Shown here: piece by piece, positions 1-8,613 of the stretch
How the letters are laid out: every line of letters starts with the position of its first letter
Numbering within the stretch: the stretch's first letter is position 1
From: Poseidonia sp.
GTDB taxonomy: Archaea; Thermoplasmatota; Poseidoniia; Poseidoniales; Poseidoniaceae
Length of the DNA stretch: 60,120 nucleotides
Assembly (NCBI GenBank): GCA_030827745.1
Contig: JAURDW010000003.1
Coordinates: forward strand, 1 to 60,120
Direction of reading: 5' to 3'
Translations under genes and position numbers: made by a program
The notes under the pieces: generated by a model
What the model was told of the DNA's origin: nothing
The model's input: the letters and a program-made list of their open reading frames with translations, nothing else
Databases searched by the model: none

Positions 1-213
1 GCTATAGCCTTAGAATTGGGTGAGCGCACGAAACCATATGGTATTGAGGATGCTTTCGAGAAATTAAAAATGCGAATTTTATTTGAAGACCCTTGGTGGG
101 AGGGAGGTTTGAAGTTTGAAATTATTCGATTCAAAGAAGACGACGGGCCTTTACCTTGGAAGGATGATGGAAGGGTCATTGTCACCTTATCAATGGAGAA
201 AGAATCCAATTAA
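1..213 (+). CDS. 3' end of a hypothetical protein (partial, frame open from base 1)
   Basis: Frame open from position 1 to TAA at 211-213 (AIALELGERTKPY...SMEKESN*); about 40% GC by hand count (86/213); rich in TTA/ATT/AAA/GAA codons, unlike the rest of the window. Confidence 0.6.
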   Translation, partial: AIALELGERTKPYGIEDAFEKLKMRILFEDPWWEGGLKFEIIRFKEDDGPLPWKDDGRVIVTLSMEKESN

Positions 214-318
214 ACCGGGAAACACACAGGTTCAGGGACAACGTTCCAATCACGTCCCAACCCCAAGAGGAAACAAAATCAAGGCAAGCCTCTTCAATCG
301 GCACGGCCACCCAAAACC

Positions 319-3300
319 ATGGCGGTCAACCCACCGAAGGTATGGGTTCCGGTTTTCGTTGTCAGCCTGTTCCTCCTTTCCGGATGGTCCTCGGTTTACG
401 AGCCCGTCCCGTCGCACGACATCCTCAACGAATCCAGCGAGATCCTGCCCACCATCGCCACTCAACAAAATTTCACCACCCAGCAGGGGTTCACCCTCAC
501 CAACCTCAGCTACGATACCGCCACCGGACTCACCTCGCTGAAACGGCCCGATGTCTCGTGGACCACCACCACCGGTCTTGGACTCAGCACCTTGCGCACC
601 GGTGCCTGTTCGGCCTACTTGCCTGCCACCAACGAGGTCTTTTTGGTCGGCGGTCGCATGGATGCAAACCCTACTCAAACCGGTGATGAGGCCCCGACGA
701 AGATGGTTGAAATCTTCGATGTCACCAACAATTCATGGTCGCCGGCCCTTGAAGACCTCAAAACATCCCAGCAATACCACGGTTGCGCTGTAGCCGGCAA
801 CAAGATTTACGCCGTCGGCGACCACTACCCCTTCGCAACCCCTGCTCAGCAAGCCACCGGGCTGGTCCAAGTGTACGACCCCGCTCAAGGCAACTGGAGC
901 TACGGTACTTCGATGCCCGCTAACAAGGCTGTGGGGCTGGCCGGCATCACCTCCATGGGTGGCATGGTCTATGTCGCAGGTGGTGTGACCGCCTCCGACC
1001 GTTCGGACATGAACGACCGCTTGATGCGCTACGACCCCGTCAACGACACGTGGTCGCAAATGGCGAGCATGAACAACAAACGCCATTCGTTTGACTTGGT
1101 GGCCTTCCGCGGAAAACTCATCGCTTATGGCGGGGTGGCCACCTTCTTTGACCCGGTCGCCAACACGACCGTCCAGAAAGAAACAAACTTGACCGAAGCG
1201 TACGACCCTGCAACGAACACATGGTCGCAACTCCCCAACGCCACCTACGCCATGTCGGCGTACGCCGCTGAAGTCTTCAACGACGAAATTATCGTTCACG
1301 GTGGCTATGAACTGACCGGGTGGTCCGGCACGGCCAACGACAAGACCTACGGCTATGACCCGTTCACCAACCGATGGTCAACACGGGCCACCTTGCAACT
1401 CGGCATGTACGATTCAACCCTTGCTCGAGCCAACAACACCCTGGTCTACGCAACGGGCGATTCAAGTTACACGCGTTTCAACACGTGGAGCATTCAATAC
1501 CTCGCAGAAACCGAATACCACGTGAACCCCACCGAGCAGGCCGGCCTGTTGACCTCAGCCATCCAAGACCTGCGCAGCCACCCCCAAGGGGCAGCGAGCA
1601 TGCTGTGGTTTGCATTTGATACGCTGGAACCCGCCGGTTCGTCCATCGGTGTTCAGTACCGGACGGCACAAACCCAACAAGCCATGGCTTCGGCTTCGTG
1701 GAAACCAACCTCCGTTCCTGTGAACACCTACCTTTCTGCTGGGAACACGTCGCTGACGGACACGCTGGAGGACGCTCCCTACATCCAATACAGGGCCCGT
1801 TTCACAACAACACAGGTCATGGCTTGGAAAACGCCCACCCTCTTGAGCGTGGAGATTGGTGCCGATTCGGCTGCTTTCGTGTCAAACATTCCCGCATCCC
1901 TCCAACCCACCTCCACGGCCATCACGCTGACAACCTCCCATCATGCAACGACCCAAAGCGGGACCTACGCCTTGCAACTCCACCCCAGCGACAGTGTTGG
2001 CGGCCTCATGTTCGGGGAAACATGGACGCAACTCCTTTGGAACACCTCCACATCAACGCTGAGCGTCGTGGATGAAGCGGGTTTGTTCTTTGGACAGCCT
2101 ACGGCTGCGGTCAGTTCTGGTGCAGGCAACGGCGACACGGTGGATTGGAGTTTCTCCCTTGGCGGCACCATGCCCTCAAGTCATCTTCGCATCAAGACCA
2201 CGACCCATGCTGAGCGAAACGCCACCTATCTCCACCCCGACGTGATTGGAATTGACCGAAGCGTGACCGTTGAAATGACCGGGATCACCGCCGATGCCTC
2301 CAGCGAAGGCGATGCCACCTTGGAATCCGGCGAAGTCGTCCCAGGAAACACCAAACTGAACATAACGCTTGACCACCGCTTCACCAACAGCGGCCTTCGG
2401 CTCTTGGGTGGCAACATCGAGGCTCGGCTTCACCTCGACATGGAGACCTATGAGGAGGACGCCTTTGGGCAACGGATTTGGGCCAACGAAACCTCGTCTT
2501 GGTTCCGTTTGAATCCCGGCCAACTCCATCATGCTCACCTCAACGTTCCCGAAACCCTGTCGGGCGACGTGGCGTTGTGGATGGAGGCTCGGACCAACGA
2601 GGATTGGTCGCTAACTTTCAGCAACGTGCCCCATGAATTCATCGTGAATGCTCATGCTCCTGTGCTTCAGTCCGTGACCCCTGTGCTTGATGCCTACATC
2701 AACGAAGATGCCTCCCAACACGTCTCTTTCACGGTTTACGACCTTGGTGGATTTACCAACGAGACGCTTTTTGCTTATGCGTGGGTTGAAAACGTGCACG
2801 ACGGAAGCAGTGGACAAGCCAAAGACGGCGTGGCGCAGCGCACAGAATACACGGCCGCCGCCTACACGCTGGAACAAGACGGAAACCTCTGGCATGTCAA
2901 CCTCACCGTAAACGATACCGCCAACGAAGACCACCACGACGTGCGAATTCTGCTGGAAGGAACCGACGTGGCGGGTTACGCAGTCCCCCTCGCAACCGCT
3001 GAAGACGGCCACGCACGCTGGATATCTCGCACACCGTCCAAGAGCGAACTTGTCGACTTTTCACCAACAAAGAACCTGCTTTCCGACACGCTGATGCGGT
3101 TTGAGCCTTCCCAAGAGGTGGGTTGGTCGATCGTGGTCACCGACGCCAACGGCCTGCAAGACCTGATCGACCTCAAACTTGAGTTGGGCAACGACGAGCG
3201 TTTGGGCTTCACCTACACCGTGCTTGACAACACCTGCTCGGCGCTGGACGAGCGGCTGCAACTTCTTGCGACGGGGTGTGTCGTTTCCGTTGACAACGGA

Positions 3301-5010
3301 GAACTAACCCTCGATGTCACGGCCAAGGTTGAATGGGCGTTGACCGATGCGGGCCTCATCGCTGGTGAGGTTGACCTTACGGTTCGGGACCTTGATGGTT
3401 CGCAACGGTATGCGTTCAGCGAGGCTTGGGTGCTTGAACGTTCAATGAGCATTGACCTCAACAGTTTGGTGGACGACGATGGCGTCGTGACACAAACCAT
3501 CGAAGAGGGTTCCGTGGTCATGGCCGGTGACCGGTTGAACCTCTCTGCCGAAGTCCGTCACCTGACCAGCGGAACGCCCTACGCCGGCGACCTTCGCTTG
3601 CGATGGGACGGAACCGTCCAAGGCGAGGATTGGCGAGGCGGTTTCCCCGTCACCATCGTCGCCGGTGAATTGGTCGCATCCATCCCCACGCCCGAAGAAT
3701 CTGGCTTGGTGCAAGACCTCACCGTCTCTTTGTGGGACCCGCTGCAAACCGAGGTGCTGGCCACGCTGAACGTTGCCAGTTTCCAAATCGACGCTCAACC
3801 ACCTGCCCTTCTGCCCTCAAGCCTCTCCAACACCATCTCAAGGTACCACCTGGATGCCGTGCAGGTGGGCGTGAACATCGATGAGCCCGAAGGGTGGACC
3901 TCGCCGTTAACCGTCACGTGTCAGGTCCGTTCACTGGCCGTTCAATGGGAACCCATCACCCAGCAACGGAATGCAACCACCGTCTTCAACGGAAACACCA
4001 TGTTCAGTTTCACCTACGATTTCAGTCAACTTGGCGACCCATCAACCCTTTCTCCGCAAGCCACCTTGGCCTGTTGGGCAGAGGGGCAAGACGATGCGGG
4101 CTGGTCGTTGACCTCGTCGTCAGGGAATTCTGAACTTGACCCGTGGCTGGAAGCCTCCCTCAACAACATCGGCCCGGACTTGGCGTTGGAAAACGTTGAG
4201 GTCACGGGTGGAGCAAAAGCAGGGGAGAAAGTCTCCCTTTCGTTCTATGTTGTCAACGAGGGTGAGGGCTTGACATCGCCCTTCAACGCAAGCATCGAGC
4301 TGGTTCAAGGCGATCAGCGGACCCTCGTTGGTCGCTCCATCTTCACCACCATGGACGAGAACACGGCAAAATCCGTTCGTCGTTCCTTCACTGCCCCCGC
4401 AGGTGAATGGTCGTTGGAAATTACCGTTGACCTCGAACAACTCATTTGGGAAATTGATGAAACCAACAACGTGTACGCTGCTTCGTTCACCAGCGACACC
4501 GGTGGCATAAGTTCGCTCGTCTTGTTGAGTGGAGCCGGTGTTTTGGGCATGCTTGGCCTCACCGTCTTCCTCCGGCGACGGAAGGAAGGCACGTTGGATG
4601 AAGAGGCCCTCGCCGCAGCCATGGGCAAAGAAGGCACGGTACCTGCAAGCACGCCAGAACCCACCCCCTCAACACCCCCCCAGCGAGGACCGCCCGGTGG
4701 AAAAATCGCTACAACACCCGCCAACCGTCCTTCCAAGGGACCACCGAAGGAACCACCAAAGAACCCTCCAAAAGAGGCTGTTTCGGAAGATGAATCCCCC
4801 CAGGCGATGGCAGCCAAATACATGGATGCCTTGGGAGCGCCCGCTCCAGCGGCAAGCATTGAACCGCTTGAAACACGCGTTGAGGATTACAGTCAACTTC
4901 CGGGCGGTGGTGAATACGAATACACGGCGGAGGGGACGTTCTATGTCGGCGAATCCTGCGGACGTTGGGTGTTGAACGAAGACAAATCCTTCACGAGGGT
5001 CACGGAGTAG
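319..5010 (+). CDS. Large secreted, membrane-anchored Kelch-repeat surface protein with CARDB domain, C-terminal TM helix and Pro-rich cytoplasmic tail
   Basis: 1563 aa; N-terminal hydrophobic signal; about 6 Kelch repeats (LVGG..YD/FD..W..M, approx. 600-1500); CARDB-like GPDLALENVEV...VVNEG...IDETNN (approx. 4170-4480); TM followed by RRRK; tail LPGGGEYEY...GRWVLNEDKSFTR. Confidence 0.85.
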   Translation: MAVNPPKVWVPVFVVSLFLLSGWSSVYEPVPSHDILNESSEILPTIATQQNFTTQQGFTLTNLSYDTATGLTSLKRPDVSWTTTTGLGLSTLRTGACSAYLPATNEVFLVGGRMDANPTQTGDEAPTKMVEIFDVTNNSWSPALEDLKTSQQYHGCAVAGNKIYAVGDHYPFATPAQQATGLVQVYDPAQGNWSYGTSMPANKAVGLAGITSMGGMVYVAGGVTASDRSDMNDRLMRYDPVNDTWSQMASMNNKRHSFDLVAFRGKLIAYGGVATFFDPVANTTVQKETNLTEAYDPATNTWSQLPNATYAMSAYAAEVFNDEIIVHGGYELTGWSGTANDKTYGYDPFTNRWSTRATLQLGMYDSTLARANNTLVYATGDSSYTRFNTWSIQYLAETEYHVNPTEQAGLLTSAIQDLRSHPQGAASMLWFAFDTLEPAGSSIGVQYRTAQTQQAMASASWKPTSVPVNTYLSAGNTSLTDTLEDAPYIQYRARFTTTQVMAWKTPTLLSVEIGADSAAFVSNIPASLQPTSTAITLTTSHHATTQSGTYALQLHPSDSVGGLMFGETWTQLLWNTSTSTLSVVDEAGLFFGQPTAAVSSGAGNGDTVDWSFSLGGTMPSSHLRIKTTTHAERNATYLHPDVIGIDRSVTVEMTGITADASSEGDATLESGEVVPGNTKLNITLDHRFTNSGLRLLGGNIEARLHLDMETYEEDAFGQRIWANETSSWFRLNPGQLHHAHLNVPETLSGDVALWMEARTNEDWSLTFSNVPHEFIVNAHAPVLQSVTPVLDAYINEDASQHVSFTVYDLGGFTNETLFAYAWVENVHDGSSGQAKDGVAQRTEYTAAAYTLEQDGNLWHVNLTVNDTANEDHHDVRILLEGTDVAGYAVPLATAEDGHARWISRTPSKSELVDFSPTKNLLSDTLMRFEPSQEVGWSIVVTDANGLQDLIDLKLELGNDERLGFTYTVLDNTCSALDERLQLLATGCVVSVDNGELTLDVTAKVEWALTDAGLIAGEVDLTVRDLDGSQRYAFSEAWVLERSMSIDLNSLVDDDGVVTQTIEEGSVVMAGDRLNLSAEVRHLTSGTPYAGDLRLRWDGTVQGEDWRGGFPVTIVAGELVASIPTPEESGLVQDLTVSLWDPLQTEVLATLNVASFQIDAQPPALLPSSLSNTISRYHLDAVQVGVNIDEPEGWTSPLTVTCQVRSLAVQWEPITQQRNATTVFNGNTMFSFTYDFSQLGDPSTLSPQATLACWAEGQDDAGWSLTSSSGNSELDPWLEASLNNIGPDLALENVEVTGGAKAGEKVSLSFYVVNEGEGLTSPFNASIELVQGDQRTLVGRSIFTTMDENTAKSVRRSFTAPAGEWSLEITVDLEQLIWEIDETNNVYAASFTSDTGGISSLVLLSGAGVLGMLGLTVFLRRRKEGTLDEEALAAAMGKEGTVPASTPEPTPSTPPQRGPPGGKIATTPANRPSKGPPKEPPKNPPKEAVSEDESPQAMAAKYMDALGAPAPAASIEPLETRVEDYSQLPGGGEYEYTAEGTFYVGESCGRWVLNEDKSFTRVTE

Positions 5011-5054
5011 AACGGACGCTCACCTTCATGAAGTCCCGCAGTCTCCATGCTTTC

Positions 5055-5648
5055 ATGGGTGAAGAGGTGGAGGACATTCGGCGTGTCCTCACCATTGCCT
5101 TTCGTGGCACGGACGGCCTTTCACCCCAAGACTTCGAGCGGACCCTCTCTTTTGACATGGAGTGGGTTGCCCCCCACGAAGCAGAAGCCGCCGTGAAGGC
5201 CCTGCACCGTGCAGGATGGCTCAAGGAAGTGGAAGGATTGCTGGTGCCCGCTGTTTCCGTTCGGGATGTCGCCGTTCCCTTTGGCTGGTTCCCGAGGCCG
5301 AGTCGACTTCTCCAACCGGTTCCAGCCTCACAGGCAACCCTTCCCCCAAAGCCAGCCTCAGCCGACGCAAAATCTGCATCGAATCCCGGTGACGACAAAG
5401 AGCGCCGTAAAACGACGCCTGCGCCCGTTCCGACACGGGACACGGGCGACCCAAGGGCACGCCTGCTCCAGCGGGTCATTGGCTACGTAGCTCGGCAGAG
5501 CGGTTTGGAACGCGAAGAACTTCAACGCCGAGCAGAGCGAAAACAAGCAGCGTTTGATTTGATCACGCCGTGGCTTGCCTATGCGCTTGTGGCTCGGGAA
5601 CAGGGTCTTGAGATGAACGGCATCGTGGATGCGCTGGCAGTGGTGTGA
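5055..5648 (+). CDS. DUF2240-like archaeal uncharacterised protein
   Basis: IRRVLTIAFRGTDGLSPQDFERTLSFDMEWVAPHEAEAAVKALHRAGWL resembles the DUF2240 N-terminus; ATG at 5055 preferred because the 4965 start overlaps the upstream gene. Confidence 0.65.
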   Translation: MGEEVEDIRRVLTIAFRGTDGLSPQDFERTLSFDMEWVAPHEAEAAVKALHRAGWLKEVEGLLVPAVSVRDVAVPFGWFPRPSRLLQPVPASQATLPPKPASADAKSASNPGDDKERRKTTPAPVPTRDTGDPRARLLQRVIGYVARQSGLEREELQRRAERKQAAFDLITPWLAYALVAREQGLEMNGIVDALAVV

Positions 5649-5650
5649 AA

Positions 5651-8209
5651 TCACTCAATCTGTGTTGTTTCTTGGCCTCGAGCCGCCAGTTCGACCAAGA
5701 CGGGAAGCAACATCAAGGCCAACAGCAACGAAAACAAGACGGTCACCGCCGTGATGAGACCGAAGTCCTGGATGATGGGCATGGGCGAGAAGAGCAAGAC
5801 GGCAAAGCCGGCCATGGTCGTCACAGCACTGAGCATCAAAGCAACGCCGGTTGTATCGAGAGCCGCTCGAAGCGCTTCCCAATGGTCGCCTCGCTTCGCC
5901 ATCTCAACCTCAAAACGCCGCCACATGTGAATGGAGTAGTCAATGCCAATTCCAAGCGTGAGCGCCGTGACCATCACCGTCAGCACGTTCCACTTCAACC
6001 CGAGGAGAGCCATGGAACCCACCACCCAGAGGGAGGCGACCCCAACAGGGAAGAGGACGATGATGGCCGGCATGAGGCGGCGTGTCAGCGCAAAGAGCAC
6101 GAGGAAGGAGACGATGAGAGAGATAACGGTGCTTTCGATTTGCGTCAGGCTGAGTCCGTCAAGAACGGTTTCAAGCATCACCAAATCCCCCGTCACGTAA
6201 AGTTGGGCATGACCGTCGAGTTGGGCTTTCAATGTCCCTGATTCATCCGGAGAGCCAAGAATTTCGACAAAATTCTCAATCACTCGGCTGGATTCAACAG
6301 AAGTGGAGGCCTCAACGCGAATTTCATGGCGAAGGTGGACGATGTTGTCCCCGTTGAGATGGACGACTTGAGCCACCCGGTCCTGCCATGTTTCTCCTGT
6401 CAGCGGGTCGGCCACCGTGGTGTTTTGCGAGAGAGCAGCAAAGAACATCCCAAGGTCGATGCCCTCGTCCCGGTCCACACGAAGGACCTCCCCCCCGTCC
6501 ACTTCCATGTTGTGGGCCTCGCCAAGCCCCGTGTCGCGAAGAATCGCATCCCGAACGACGGGCAGTGGACCTTCGTACGAAGGGGTGGGAACGCCGACCA
6601 CATCGTTGTTCGACTCAAGGTCCGAATGGAAATAATTCAATTCCGAAAGAAGGGTGTGATCGCCAGGAATGTAATCCTCTCCGTCAACGGGTTCCAAGAG
6701 GACATAGATGACTTTCCATCCTGCACTTTCGTAACTGCTGTCGATATCGCCCCTGATTTGCATGATGGGCATGTCTTGATTGACGAAGTCGGCGAGGTCA
6801 AAGTCTGTTTCCAATGATGCGGCGCCGTAAACTGCAAGACCCGAAATGAGAACGGTGACAAGGAAGACGCCCACTTGCTGTTTTTGTTGCACCTTGAGGA
6901 TGTTTTCAGACAACTGCGGGAGCGTGAGCACGGCAGGCCCTGGACCTTCCAATTCTTTGCCTGCAAACATGACATGGAGGGCGCCAACGAACACTGTTGA
7001 GGAGACAAAGGCAGAAACCACGCCCAGCGACAGAGCGTAGCCCAACGTTGCAAGAGGCGGGAGGGGCGAGATGATGTTGGCCAAAAACGCCGCCACCGTG
7101 GTGACGACGGCCAAAGACAACGGCACCGAAAGGTGGCCGACCGAGCGAAGCCAAGATTCGGCGGGGTTCGGGTGGCTCTCCGAAATTTGCCGTTGGGAGC
7201 GTTGCAGGTGGATGGCGTAGTCGATGCCCAGCCCCAAGACCAAGGGGGCAACGGTCGCTTCCAGAGCGGTGAACACGGCTCCTGAAAGGTTGAGGATGCC
7301 GTAGGTCCAAATCAAGGCGCTTGTCAAACCAACCAGTGGAAAAACCACCGGTTTGACCGAGCGGAAGGCAATCCCCAGCATGAGGACGACCACGAGCGAG
7401 GCAAGGAGAACCAGCAACAGAAGGTTGTCAAAGGTGCCTTCGTCAATGTCATGAACCAGCAAATCGTTTGAGATGACCTCGTAGGTGAGCGGAGAGGATG
7501 ACGAGCGTTCATCAAACACCGTTCGAAGTTGGTCTTGCAACTCCCGCCGGGGGTTTTCCTCAAGCTCGGGGTCCACCTCCAAGACCCACATCGTTGAGGA
7601 GGCGTAGGGCGTTCCACTTCCTTCGCCGCTGTTCAGGTAATCGCACACCGGGTCATAATCCAAATCTTTGTGCAGGAGGGCCGCTGACGCGTAGGTGGCT
7701 GCTGAAAGCAATTGATCGTCGACGCCAAGACCGCAAGTTTCGTTTTCGTTGAACACCAAGTCGAGATAGGCTGGCCAGTCGCCAACATCGCTGAGGAGGG
7801 TTCCATTGGCCTCTTCATCCAGCGCCAGTTGAACGATGCCGGGTGCCGTGGTCCACACATCGACGACGTTTTGTCGCTTTTCAGATTCAGCCTTGAAAAA
7901 AGATAAATCATCGCTCATGGCCTGAAGTGTATCCAAGGCAAGCACGTTGCTTTCGTCGTCCACGGTCACGTGGACGAAGAGGGGGCGCATCTCCTTCGGG
8001 AAGTGGTCGTGAATACGGTCGTGTGCCGCCGAAGACTCTGTTTCGGGGGAGAAATCGTTGAGGTCGGTCTGAAAGGTCGGCGGAGAAAGGTAGAGATTTC
8101 CAGCAAGAAGAAGCGTAACGAGAGAAAACATCGCAACGATGAGGGGGGCTGACCGTTCAAACTGAGGAGCAAATTCGGCGAGACGTTCCTCAAGGCCCGC
8201 CGTATCCAT
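5651..8209 (-). CDS. MMPL/RND-family membrane transporter
   Basis: 852 aa; two repeats of TM + large extracellular loop + 5 TM; motifs GLGIDYAIH and GIGIDYSIH. Confidence 0.88.
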   Translation of the reverse strand: MDTAGLEERLAEFAPQFERSAPLIVAMFSLVTLLLAGNLYLSPPTFQTDLNDFSPETESSAAHDRIHDHFPKEMRPLFVHVTVDDESNVLALDTLQAMSDDLSFFKAESEKRQNVVDVWTTAPGIVQLALDEEANGTLLSDVGDWPAYLDLVFNENETCGLGVDDQLLSAATYASAALLHKDLDYDPVCDYLNSGEGSGTPYASSTMWVLEVDPELEENPRRELQDQLRTVFDERSSSSPLTYEVISNDLLVHDIDEGTFDNLLLLVLLASLVVVLMLGIAFRSVKPVVFPLVGLTSALIWTYGILNLSGAVFTALEATVAPLVLGLGIDYAIHLQRSQRQISESHPNPAESWLRSVGHLSVPLSLAVVTTVAAFLANIISPLPPLATLGYALSLGVVSAFVSSTVFVGALHVMFAGKELEGPGPAVLTLPQLSENILKVQQKQQVGVFLVTVLISGLAVYGAASLETDFDLADFVNQDMPIMQIRGDIDSSYESAGWKVIYVLLEPVDGEDYIPGDHTLLSELNYFHSDLESNNDVVGVPTPSYEGPLPVVRDAILRDTGLGEAHNMEVDGGEVLRVDRDEGIDLGMFFAALSQNTTVADPLTGETWQDRVAQVVHLNGDNIVHLRHEIRVEASTSVESSRVIENFVEILGSPDESGTLKAQLDGHAQLYVTGDLVMLETVLDGLSLTQIESTVISLIVSFLVLFALTRRLMPAIIVLFPVGVASLWVVGSMALLGLKWNVLTVMVTALTLGIGIDYSIHMWRRFEVEMAKRGDHWEALRAALDTTGVALMLSAVTTMAGFAVLLFSPMPIIQDFGLITAVTVLFSLLLALMLLPVLVELAARGQETTQIE

Positions 8210-8230
8210 GATTTGCCCTAAGCACGGAGA

Positions 8231-8238
8231 TTAAAAAG
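8231..8238. promoter_or_regulatory. Putative bidirectional TATA box (TTAAAAAG / TTTTTAAT) between MMPL and rpoL
   Basis: AT-rich octamer about 22-29 nt from the MMPL ATG (leaderless spacing) and about 25 nt upstream of the structured rpoL leader. Confidence 0.45.
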
Positions 8239-8342
8239 AAACAGGTCACTTTGTGGCCCTCTTCTCGTCATCGTCAGCCAACCGGGGGTCTTGAAGGAGG
8301 CGAAGGTTCAAGACAAGAGGGCCGGTCGGCGGATTGGTCATC

Positions 8343-8600
8343 ATGTCTGTCACGGTGCTTAAGAAAGAGAAAAACGAACTCCGACTTCGCATTATCGGCG
8401 AGAGCCACACCGCCCTCCAAGTGTTGCGAGAGCGTCTCAACGGCCACAAGGACGTTGATTACGCCAACTACTTCCCTGGCCATCCCGAACTTGACGACCC
8501 AGAGTTCTACATTCGCACCACCTCAAAAGCCGGTGTGGACAAAGTGTTGAACGCCATCATCAGCGGCGTCGCCTCTGAGTTCGACAACGCAAGTCTCTGA
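8343..8600 (+). CDS. rpoL: DNA-directed RNA polymerase subunit L (Rpo11)
   Basis: NELRLRIIGESHTALQVLRERL...VDYANYFPGHPELDDPEFYIRT, the typical Rpo11 motif. Confidence 0.92.
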   Translation: MSVTVLKKEKNELRLRIIGESHTALQVLRERLNGHKDVDYANYFPGHPELDDPEFYIRTTSKAGVDKVLNAIISGVASEFDNASL

Positions 8601-8613
8601 GCGGGTCGATGCC

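Noticed and set aside
8255-8330. Match of the rpoL leader to the fluoride riboswitch or a box C/D sRNA (minus-strand GCUGACGAUGAC)
   Set aside because: The required 5' GGxGAUGG segment and terminal C/D boxes are absent; kept only as an unclassified structure
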